A stretch of 52,229 bases of DNA, taken from assembly GCA_943704425.1 (NCBI GenBank), contig CALSCP010002206.1:1-52229 (forward strand), given 5' to 3'. This DNA is from Ministeria vibrans ATCC 50519 (taxonomy: Eukaryota; Protista; Filasterea). Below, in pieces: positions 1 to 10,929 of the stretch. The first letter of the stretch is position 1. Each line of letters begins with the position of its first letter. The notes beneath the pieces were generated by a model. The model made no database searches. It had not been told where the DNA came from and worked only from the letters and a program-made list of their open reading frames with translations. The position numbers were made by a program, and so were the translations under genes.

Positions 1-66
1 AACCACTTTTTTTTTTTTTTTTTTTTTGGAATCGCGTGACTCGCTCCACTGAGGCCGCTGGTGTAC

Positions 67-228
67 CTGGGACGTCAGGAAGACATTGTAGACCATGTAG
101 TTGGAGCCCTTGATGGTCGTGTGGTTGTGCCAGGAGTACGTGGGATCAGGTTTGTTCACATAGTCATCCAGAGGCGCTGCAGCCACCGCCGCAACGCACA
201 CTGCCAGTGCAACAATGAAGTACTTCAT
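67..228 (-). CDS. Exon 1 of a secreted AprA/PqaA-like (PhoPQ-activated pathogenicity-related family) protein; the gene continues off the left edge
   Basis: The reverse strand reads MKYFIVALAVCVAAVAAAPLDDYVNKPDPTYSWHNHTTIKGSNYMVYNVFLTSQ, then a GT donor at 66. A signal peptide followed by LDDYVNKPDPxY...LTSQ is the typical N-terminus of this family. Not in the ORF track. Confidence 0.75.
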
Positions 229-409
229 TCTCGCAGACTCTTAACAAAATGTGACTGAGCAACGATTTACAGTACTAAATGAATTTAGTTTCCAATGAAT
301 AAGTCCAAATATTTTAACTTTTTTCTTTTCTCACTCCCACATTTCTACTCTCAACACACATACACGCACACACATACATACACAGCCCACGCCAATCCCT
401 CCTCGCAGC
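229..409. promoter_or_regulatory. Probable bidirectional promoter between the AprA/PqaA-like gene and SMC1
   Basis: Divergent ATGs at 228 (-) and 410 (+) are separated by only 181 bp of AT-rich and CA-rich sequence. Confidence 0.5.
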
Positions 410-1107
410 ATGGGCAAACTCCGCAAAATCATCCTGCACGACTTCAAGTCGTATCAGGGTCGCCAAGAAATCGGCCCCTTCTTCGACTTCACCAGCGTCA
501 TTGGCCCCAACGGTGCAGGTGAGTATGCACGCACGCATGCAGCGCACGCAGGGTCGCATTCTCGTCGCACAACAAACGATTCTCATCGAAAAAACCAACT
601 TGAAACGAGTTTTGTGCCGACCCGACATTACACTATCCCGTCGCCCAACTACTCATGTCTTGCTCCCCACCTCCCTGAGCAATCTGCATAACACGATGGG
701 TGGCGCGAGCGGACACGCTTTATGTGTTGTTTGTGTCCGTTTTGCCAACGCGCGAACGACACGCCAAAAAGCGTCAAGCGCGCCAAAACATCAAGTTTTG
801 TGTGTCGTCGCGAATCGACTCGCTTCTGACTGGGCGTTTACTCTCTCTAGGCAAATCCAACCTTATGGACGCCATTAGCTTTGTGCTTGGTGTGCAAACC
901 CGCGACCTGCGCGGTACGCAGCTGCGTGACTTGATTCACGGCGCAAACACCGACGCACCTCAAAAGAAGCGTGCCAGCGTCATTGCCGTCTACGAGGACG
1001 ACAGTGGCAACGAGATTCTCTTTACTCGTTCCATTTCAGGCGCCAGCGGCACTTCCGAGTACAAGGTGAGCGCGATTTTTTGATTTTTGAAACCCTTATT
1101 TTTTTTG

Positions 1108-1151
<44 letters not shown>

Positions 1152-4100
1152 CAGGTCGACGACGATGTTGTCTCCAAAGAACAGTACGATGCCATGCTCA
1201 AAAGTCATGGCATCATTGTCAAGGCACGCAACTTCCTCGTGTTCCAAGGCGACGTCGAGGCCATTTCGCAAAAGTCACCCAAAGATTTGACGCGTCTCAT
1301 TGAACAGGTAAAAACACTTTCGTCTGGACGTTTTTCTCAGCTCTTTTTTTCTAATAGATCTGCGGCTCGGATCGTCTGCGTGAAGAGTATGAAGAGGCTC
1401 GTCTAGCAATGGAACGCGCCGAAGACCTGACGCACACAACGTTCCAGAAGAAGAAGGGCATCACAGCAGAGCAGCGTCAGGTATGAAACCGGTCCTTTTT
1501 TTTTGCAACGCACGTTTCATTGACCTCCTTGCATCTAGTACAAAGAGCAAAAGGAGGAGGCCGAGCGTTTTCGCGATCTCTTGCAAGAGCGTATGGACAT
1601 TCGTGCACAACACATTCTCTGGCAGTTGTTTCAAACTGAACAAGAAATGTCAAAGGTGAAGAAAAAAAAAACATTTTCAAGGTACGAAATAGTACGCCGT
1701 GTTAATTTTTTTTTTCTTTGTACAGTCCACCGAGTCGGTTCAGGCGAACACCAAGGTCTTGAAGAAGCTCCAGGGCGAACAGAAGACGCTCAACACAGCA
1801 CTGACTACTAAACGACAACAGCTCGCGGCACTCAAGCTCGACAGTGCCAAGGCCGAGAAGGTAAAAAAAACACGGAAGATGTCTCGAGCTGTCTCCTCTT
1901 ACTCCCTCGTTTTTTATTTTTTTTTGTTTTTGTTTTTGTGACAATTAGAAAGCCAAAGAGAAGGAGTCTGAGCTGAACAAGCAGCGTCCCAAGTACATCA
2001 CGCTCAAGGAACAAAAGAGCCACATTGCGTCGCGCATTGAGACCGCCAAGAAACAGGTGAGAAAGAGAAAAAAATAATTCATTTTGATTTTTGTCTTCTC
2101 AAAATTCTCCACTCTCCCCACATGAAGATGACCAAATGTCAAACGGACCACGATATGCACACAGCCGAAGTGCGCGAGCTTCAGAAGGAACTCGAAGATG
2201 TACGCGAAAAAAAATAACAAAACCAAACAACAAAAAACAAATCAAATCAAATCAAATCAAATCAAATCAAATCAAAACAAATCAAATCAAATCAAATCAA
2301 ATCAAAACAAAACAAATCATATCAAATCAAATCAAACAAAACAAAACAAAACAAAACAAAACAAAACAAAACAAAACAAAACAAAACAAAACCTACAAAA
2401 ACAATATTTTTGCGCGTCTTTGACATATTTATTTTATTAGGTCACCAATGCGGCGGAGCAATACGAGAAGCGCATTGCCGAGGACAGCAAGCAACGAGGC
2501 AGCGACTTGTTGCTGGAGGAATCGCAAATGGGCGAGTACCGACAGTTGAAGGAGAAGAGCATGACGGAGACGGTACAGGTGCGTCGCGAGGTGGACCGTG
2601 CCAATCAGCAGCAGCAAGACGATCAGGATCAGCTGAGCGAACTGCAGGCGCGCGTTGCTGAGATGGATGCGCGTGGTCGTCGTCTCGACGAACTCGACGC
2701 CCAACTCAAGGTGCGACGCGACAAGTTGCAGACAGTGTTGGACGCCAACGTGAAGCAGTGCAACGACTCGCGCACCAAGTTCAACGATCTTGTCAGTTCG
2801 GTGAAGCGCGCCAACGAACGTCACACCGAACTCACCGAGTTGCTCACGGGTGTTAATGAGAAGATTCGCGAGGCGCGTGCTGACCGCCAGCAGTCGCGTC
2901 GCGAACTCGAGTCGGCCGAAACTCTCAAGTCGCTCATGCGTTTGTTTCCGGGCGCCGTCCACGGCAAGCTCGTCAACTTGTGCAAGCCATCGCATCGCAA
3001 GTATCAGACGGCGCTTGGAGTGATCCTTGGCGGCGAACTCGATGCGGTCGTGGTGGACACGGAGAAGACGGCACGCGACTGCATTCAGTACATGAAGGAA
3101 AAGCGCTCGGGCACGCTCACATTCATTCCGCTCGACACCATTCGAGTGCGTCCCGTCAAGGAGTCGTTGCGCAACCTGGGCGGCACGGCCAAGCTTGTCG
3201 TGGACACGGTCATCATTGATGCGGCCTACAAAAAGGCGCTTCTCTACGCCTGTGGCAACGCCGTCGTGTGCGAGAAGCTCGAGGAGGCGCGCCACATTGC
3301 CTTTGACGGTCGCGAGCGTGTCAAGACGGTGACCCTCGACGGTACCATTATCCACAAGAGTGGCCTTATTACGGGCGGCATGGCGTCGGGCAGTGGTAGC
3401 GGTGGCTCGGCGTCGCGATGGGACGAGCGCGAGGTGGAAGAGATCAAGAAGCAACGCGATCACTACCAGAAGGAACTGCAGACGGTGGTGAAGGAGCAGC
3501 GCAAGGCGGCCGACCAACAAATGCTCGAGTCGCAGGTGAACGGTTTGCAGACGCGCATCAACAATGTCAAGGGCGACCTCAAGGTGACCACCGAGAAGAT
3601 GGCCGCCAATGAACGCGAGCGTCAGGAGCTCGCCGCGCAAAAGGCCAAGGTGCAGCCGGACCTCGAACGACTCCAGCGTGGTCTCGATGCACACGTCGCC
3701 GAGCTGGCGCAGCGCACGGAGCGCATGCACGCCCTTGAGGATACTGTCTTTCGTGACTTTTGCACGGAGATTGGCGTTGCCAACATTCGCGAGTACGAGG
3801 AGAAGCAATTCAACGAGGCGCAGGAGCGCGCCAAGCGACGTCTCGAGCTGTCCCACCAAATTACACGCTTGCGCAACCAGCTCGAGTATGAGTCGAAGCG
3901 CGACACCGAGGCTCCGCTCAAGAAGCTCGAGGAGCACGTGCGCAGCGACACGGCGGCGCTGGCGAAGCTAACCAAGGACGAGAAGGCGTGCAACAAGGTG
4001 CTTGAGGAGAGCGAGGCAGAGCTCACCAAGCTGCGCGAAACGGTCAATGGTTGTCGCAAGCGCCTGGAGGCACTCGAGACGGACGCTAAGGTGCTCAAGA

Positions 4101-4638
4101 AGGACATGGTTGCCAAGACCAAGGAGGTGGAGACACTGCAGAAGCAAATGACAGCGACCGAGACGGAGCTGGATCAGTTGCGCGAGCGCCGTCATTCGCT
4201 CTTCAAGACGTGCAAGGTGGACGAGATCAAGGTGCCGCTGAAGCGAGGGTCGCTCGACGACGTGGTTGCGGCGGGTGCTGACGAGACTCTTGCGGCCGAG
4301 ACCATGCCTGATTCGCTTGACACGCAACAGGCGCGCGACATGTACCGGCGCGAGTCGGCCATTGTGTTGGACTACAGTTCGTTGAGCAACGAGGTGCGTG
4401 GCGTGGTTGAGGCCGGTGACGTCGAGGATCTCAATGCACAGTTCCTCACCAAACTCAAAACCATCACGGCCGACATTGAACGTATGGCGCCCAACATGCG
4501 TGCCAACGAGCGACTCGACGATGTCAAGGCGCGTCTCAAGAGCACCGAAACCGAGTTTGAGAAGGCTCGCAACGACGCCCGCACCGCCTCCGAGCGATTC
4601 AATCAGATCAAGAAGGAGAGGTATCAGAAAAGAAAAGA

Positions 4639-4728
<90 letters not shown>

Positions 4729-4840
4729 NNNNNNNNNNNNNNNNNNNNNNNNNNNNNNNNNNNNNNNNNNNNNNNNNNNNNNNNNNNNNNNNNNNNNNNN
4801 NNNNNNNNNNNNNNNNNNNNNNNNNNNNNNNNNNNNNNNN

Positions 4841-4898
<58 letters not shown>

Positions 4899-5728
4899 GG
4901 AGAAAGCAAAAAGAAAGCAGCAATGGAGTTTAGTATAATTATTATTGTTTATTAATTTCGGTACCTGTCTTTGTTTTTTTTTGTTTTTTTTTTCTTTGCT
5001 TGCTAGGTCGGATCTGTTCAATGGTGCATTTGAGCACATTGCCAGTACCATTGCTGAGGTGTATAAGGATTTGACGACGACTTCCAAGGAGACTATTGGT
5101 GGTCAAGCGTATCTCACGCTCGAGAGACAAGAGGTTGGTGCTGCAAAAAAAAGGAAGACGTTCTTATTTAGTTTTCTTTTGTGCTGTAGGAGCCCTATCT
5201 GCATGGTGTGGTGTACAACGTGAGTCCACCCAAGAAGCGATTTCGTGACATGGATCAGTTGTCCGGAGGTGAAAAGACTGTGGCTGCGCTGGCGCTTCTC
5301 TTTGCCATTCATAGGTACAGTCTTGCTTAGCGAGTTCAGCTCGCACACAAAAATATTTACTTATTACTAATAATAATATTACGTCTCGATGGTATATTGT
5401 AGTTACCAACCAGCACCATTTTTTGTGCTTGACGAAATTGATGCGGCTCTCGACAATGCCAACGTCAACTTGGTACACACTCATCAATGCAAACGTGAAC
5501 ATGCGCTCACTAGGTTGCAAAATTTCTCATTCATCATAGGTTGCCAACTACATTCGTCGACGAACCGGTCGTAACTTTCAGTGCATTGTGATTTCGCTCA
5601 AGGACACGTTCTACGAGAAGGCCGAGGGTCTCGTGGGGATCTACCGTGACCAAAAAACCGACTGCAGTCACACACTCACCTTTGACTTGTCGGCCTATCC
5701 CGAGACCGAAGAAGCCGCTCAATGCTGA
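410..5728 (+). CDS. SMC1: Structural maintenance of chromosomes protein 1 (cohesin subunit), multi-exon
   Basis: N-terminus FKSYQG and Walker A GPNGAG|[13 protein letters not shown] split by intron 519-850. Long coiled coils. Hinge [13 protein letters not shown]...TFIPLD...[18 protein letters not shown]-terminal [29 protein letters not shown] and [16 protein letters not shown] at 5726-5728. Confidence 0.96.
2218..2400. repeat. Intronic (CAAAT)n/(CAAAA)n pentanucleotide microsatellite
   Basis: Directly visible tandem array inside an SMC1 intron. Confidence 0.9.
4646..4893. repeat. (AG)n microsatellite in an SMC1 intron, interrupted by an assembly gap
   Basis: AG repeats flank the N run at 4729-4840. 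Confidence 0.9.
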
Positions 5729-5793
5729 AGCTTTTTTTTTCCCCTCTTTCATTATACAGCAACTTGTTTTTTGTTTTGTTATTACATTGATTC

Positions 5794-8700
5794 TCAGAGG
5801 ATCACACACACTTTGGATTCTTCTGGGTCGCCCTTTGGAGGACTGTTGACAGAACCGAGGGGTGGCAGGGGCACACGATCACCTCGCTCGACAGGAGGCT
5901 CGCCGAAGCGAGTGTCACTGTTGCACACAATAAGATGTGTCATGGTCACGTTGGGGAGCGTATCAACGAGCTGTTCCGTTTCAGTTACGGGTGTTTCGCT
6001 GAAGGAGAGTCGTGTTGAAAAGGGAAAGCCCTAAAAAAAAAAACAAAAAAAAAAAAAAAAAAAAAAAAAAAATAGTGACAAAGTGATGGAGAAATAAACA
6101 AGGCAAGGAGACACACACACAAAATTAGGCGAGGAGGTTTTTAGGAGATCGAATAATCGTTCACGTACCAGTGGACGAGTGTCGGGGTAGCGCATGCCCT
6201 TTGCACCACAAAAGCTGAGCGAGCCACAGTGAGTGCGAGCGTTCAGAGTGTCGATGGCGTTGTCGGTGAAAAAGATAAAAAGTCGGTAGTGGGAGCCGGG
6301 ACGAGTGCCACGCGGCAGGAGCAAGTTTGGAGGCAAACCACACTCACAGAAGCCTGGCGAGACGGTAACGCTGTGCTCCTGTTGGTCAAGCTGATCTTGA
6401 GGACGACGGCGAATCACGGAGGAGTGACGGTCGCGGCGTGAGAAGACGGTGTGCGAGGCGCCCGCAGGAATGTCAACGCGACACTTGTCCATTTCGATCC
6501 AGGCGAGACGATCGTTGGTCTGGTGGAGGAGCGCGAGGAAGAGACGCGCTGTCAAGGAAAGTGGCAGAGCAAGGTCGGAGGCGCCGGGAACGCGGGCGAC
6601 ACGGACGTGCCAAACAAAAGGATCGTGATCAAGGTGCGCAATTTCGAGTTCGCGTTGGGGTTCGCCCAAGGTGGTGTGGAGGACATCCGAGGCAAAGTCG
6701 TTGCGCGCCCAGTCGTCGGTGTCGTTGTTCCATGCGTCGAAACCTTCGGGTGGAGCAATATTGCTGGTGGAGAGCACAATGAGATCACGGGGGCGCACGG
6801 TGACAGGAGGACGCAAACCTGGAATGGAGTCGAGATCGAGGGGTGGCAGAGTGTGATTGACAAGGCGTGCGCCAAAAGTATCAATGTGTTTGTGCCAGCG
6901 CCAGAAGATGGGATCACGCAGAGCGGTGCGAGTGGAAAGCATTGCTCCACCAAAGAGGTTGTGACCGTGGTTGTGGAGATTGCCGTAGAGGGCGCGCCAG
7001 CGGGAGACGGATGGCTCGAGGACATTGCCGAGGAGATTTGCAGTGATAGGTGCACTGTCGTATGGAACACGACCAATGATGCCCGTGTCGATGCTGTGGT
7101 GAAGAGCATCGCGCCACTGTCGCAACTGAATGATGTGAGTGGGAGAGAAGGCGAACCCTTTGGGGCGGGGTCGCATGCGACGGTTGAGACGGTGCTGGTA
7201 GAAGAGATCGCCAAGATGGAGACCGTCAGTGTCGGTCTCATGGTAGTCCCAGGGCACGACGGGGCCCAGGCCGCACGCGAGGCGTTCGCAGTCGTAACGC
7301 GCGAGCATTTGCTGGTGCATGTAAAGAAAAAACTCGCCTTTGCGCTCAAGATGAGGTGCATCTTCTTCGGCACGTGAGCCATACACAATGTGCCAGTGCA
7401 TATGGTGCCAGTTGAGACCCGCATCGCAGCGGTAGTAGTCGACATCCTGCTCGAGAGGCGCCTGTGGATTGGGCGGCGAGCGGCTCAATAGAGCCCCACG
7501 ACCCAACGCGCGCTCTTCCTCGGTGAGCGGACGAGGCTCGGGCAGCGCAAGGCCGCTTGCGCGAGCCTCTGTCGACGACATGATGAATTTGTTGACGGCG
7601 TGCTGAACGAGAGCGGCATTGCGCACCCGTCCTGTGACAAGCAGGGACAGTGCATACTCTAGCCCGGCGCGAGCACTCCCGCCCGTCACAGCCGCATTTG
7701 CAATTGCTCGCTCGAGTGCGAGTGCACGGTCCAATTGTACATCGTCAAACTCACTAAACGCGCCGCTCTCACTGTCCTCGACCTTCGACGACTCATCATC
7801 GTCCTCCTCCTCATCAAAGAACGTCTGGAAGATCTCGTCGACTACTTTGTGTAGACTTTCAGCACTCGCAGACTCGTCCATGAGTTCCCCGCTCTGGAGC
7901 ATTGTGAGAAACTGCTTGCGAAGGGTTACCAGAGAGGCGTCGGGCACACCATGGACAAGACCAAGCTGAGCAAGAGGCCCGTCGACTGGGTGATCGCTGA
8001 CGTGGCCAGCGCTCGATGCAAGGCGGATCAGTTGCGCCGACTGTTGACTCTGCGCGAGTGGCTCCTCAACGTGAGTGGCGCTTGTAGTTGATGTCTCGCT
8101 GTCGTTTGCGAGTGCAATAAGATGCAGGATTTTAAGACGTTGGAGTGAGAGCTGAGCGTAGAGAAGAGCGCGCACGGGAGCCCAATGGTCGTGGGAAATG
8201 AGCGAGAGAGCATCATTGACAAGAGAGAGTGCGCGCATAAGTGACTCTGCGTCCAGAAGTGCTGGCGCATGTGCAGATGTGTGTAAATCAGAGGTTGCAC
8301 TGGTGGATGTGCGGCGGGAGTGGTGAGTGGAATGACGGAGTGGAGAAGAGAGCGCGTTCGCGAGGATGAGAGCAAAGTAGACTGCGTGTGTGCGTGTGGT
8401 GAGATCCGATGTGGTGGCAATGGAGTAGAGGAGAGCGCGAGCGGGTTCGAAGGAGGGCGCAGGAGAACCAGCAAGCGCTATGAACTCGCCTGTTTGAGTA
8501 TCATAAGAGGGCACAGATGATAATGAAGAAGAAGAAGAAACGGTGGGGAAGAGCGGATGGGGGTCTGCAGATGCGACGGTGACTATGGCGGGTTCGGGGG
8601 TGACGAGGGTCCCCTGTGGAGTGTGGAGGGCCACGGTGATGCGGTACGTGCCTGGGGCGGCAAAGTAGAAGCCATGAGCGCCGTACGAGAGTGGTAGGAG

Positions 8701-10557
8701 CACCGAGTGACGGTTTGCGCCCGACTGGATGGCAGACGGTGTGGCGGCTTTGAGACGCAGTGGCTGCTGAGCGACACTGCTCTCAATCATCGACTCGAAG
8801 CGCACTGTGTTGGTGGTGGTGGTGGAATTTGAAGTCCGGTCTTCATCGTCATTGTTGTTGTTGTTGGTGGTGGTGGTGGTAGTGGTGGAGTTAATGTTGG
8901 GAATGTGTGTGATGAGGATGACGAGGGAGTCGTCGTTGAGCGAAGGAACTGAAGGCAGATCGAGCGCATGTCGAGTGTGTGTGTTGCGCACGCGCAGACT
9001 CAGTAGGATGGGCTCGCCTTGAGCGCACGGAGACACGGGAGCACGAAGACGAAGTTGAGCACGATGGGAGAGAGACGGGGAGGGCGGGGGAAGAATCGGG
9101 GGCAGGGATGAAGTAGTGGCGTCGGCAGCCCAGGTAGAGGCGGGCGCTCCTGGCTGGAGCCAAGCACGACGGCCGTGGCGCAGAAAGCGCAGTTCGGCGG
9201 GGGCGAATTGCCATTGAAAGTCGGTGAAGAAGGCGCCGGGCGTGTGACGTTGCTGATCGTAGCGCCAGGGGTAGTTCATGAAAGTGAGTTGAGTTGAGGC
9301 CGGCTGCGCCATCGCATTGTGGGTCTTGTGAGGGCTCCACGAGTGCTGCAGGTTGAGTGTGTGGCCGAGTTCGTGGACAAATGTGTGGAGCAGGTGGCGT
9401 CGGGCCATGTCTGTCTCGAGGGTTGTGTAAGGGGTGTTGCCGTCGCGTGTGACGCGGTGAGCGGCACGCAGGAGAGGGTGGTCGAGAAAAATGGCAAAGC
9501 CGAGACGGCGTTTGTTGTCGAACATTGTGCCGGCGATCCGTGCGTTGCGATGGCGCGACGCGAGCAACGCCCACACGTGCCATTGCGAGTCGTTGAAGAG
9601 CACGTCGGCTGCACTAGTAGTAGTACTAGTAGTAGTGTGTCCCTCGGTGCGAGCAGTGGTGGTGTTGTGGCCGACTTGGCGCTGCACGGTCACTGCGCCA
9701 GTCTTAATGCGCGAGTGAAAGTGCTCGAGCATTGACTGATGCAGCTCGGCGTCGGTCCAGTCTGAGGTGGGATCGGGGTCTTCGAGCGAGTTGCAGTGCT
9801 CTGTGTCGATAACCAGGTCGATACCTGCAGCGGCCAGCACGTCTTGCACCCCAAGTGTGGTGTGGTGGCGACCTGAGGTGGACGTTGCCCAGGGCAACTC
9901 GAGCGGAAGGTGCGCATCGTGATCGACTTCGAGAAGAATTCGACGGAAAAAGGGACTTTTAAAGCGGCAGTGCCACTCGGTGGAGGTACCATTGCCAGCC
10001 GACGTAAAGATGGCGGTGGCACGGCCGCTTGCGGCGGCAGGCGCAAACGAGAGCGTCAAGAGACCGAGGGGCGCGTAGGCAGCGTCAATCAATGCCGCGT
10101 CGCCACTCAAGAGAGCCTGATCGCCATCTTCGAGCGCGTAGCACTGACCCATCACAATACCATTGGCGGGTGCGTAGGGCGGCAAAGCGGGCGCGGGCTG
10201 CACTGCGCTATCACGACGCGCAAAAGGAACAATCCACGATGTGGGGGGCGACGAGGGTGTACTCAGGACGTCGGCGCTCATCATAAATAGCGGTGCGGAC
10301 GCAACGCCAGCGCCCAAAGACGCATGCTGGATGGTGTCCACGTCGACACGCAGTATTATGAGCTGGCCGTCGTCAGACTCGCCGTGATAGACGCCCGAGA
10401 GGGAAGACGACGACGCGGTTGCTAGGCGACCGCGTTGTTGTTGCGTTGCCAGCGACGACGACGATCGTCCAGCCTTTGCAGGTTGACGCTTCTCTTTAAG
10501 TGTCGACATTTGGCGGGTTGCCAACGGGACTGAGGTTGACGGAGAAGAGGACGACAT
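5794..10557 (-). CDS. ~1541-aa fusion of a metzincin-like zinc metallopeptidase and an arthropod-type hemocyanin/prophenoloxidase (type-3 copper) module, ending in a CaaX box
   Basis: Exon 10557-6169, GT-AG intron 6168-6031, exon 6030-5794. Protease: HELGHTLNLQH (HExxHxxxxxH) and a Met-turn-like FMNYP. CuA: LNWHHMHWH and RKGEFFLYMHQQMLARYDCERL. CuB: YGNLHNHGHN and LRDPIFWRWHKHID. Hemocyanin_C-like: WIEMDK, FCECGLPPNLLLPRG, SFCG..YPDTRPL|GFPF. Ends ...EESKVCVIL*. Confidence 0.88.
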
Positions 10558-10559
10558 TC

Positions 10560-10611
10560 AATAACAATGATAAATAATAATAATAATAATAAATTAATAA
10601 TAATAATAATA

Positions 10612-10653
<42 letters not shown>

Positions 10654-10670
10654 TTAATTATTATTACTCG
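10560..10670. repeat. (TAA)n/(TTA)n microsatellite upstream of the prophenoloxidase-like gene
   Basis: Directly visible. Confidence 0.85.
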
Positions 10671-10929
10671 TCGTATTATGAAAAATTCAATAATAATGGT
10701 AAATTATTTGGAAAAAATTCTAGCTAGTGATCTGTGAGAGGGAAAAAGTGCCGCAGTGCAAACGTCCCGTTGACTGCATAGTCTGTCCTGTGATTCCGTT
10801 TAAATTATAGTTATCCGACAAACTCAAACGATGCATAATGCGTCAGTGATCGCCCACTGATAATAAATTAGTGAATAATAATTATTATAATTATTATATT
10901 TTTATTGTGCTTGTGCTCATGAAACAAAA

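Noticed and set aside
2429-3937. 502-aa minus-strand ORF
   Set aside because: Antisense shadow of the GC3-rich SMC1 exon. Similar shadow ORFs over the proPO, Roco, CFAP69 and cadherin exons were also dismissed.
3968-5087. ORFs with poly-ER or poly-LS tracts
   Set aside because: Translations of an intronic (AG)n microsatellite and N gap.
6031-6168. Hydrophobic poly-Phe C-terminus of the 1508-aa ORF as a TM anchor
   Set aside because: This is intron read-through. Splicing restores the conserved GFPF motif.
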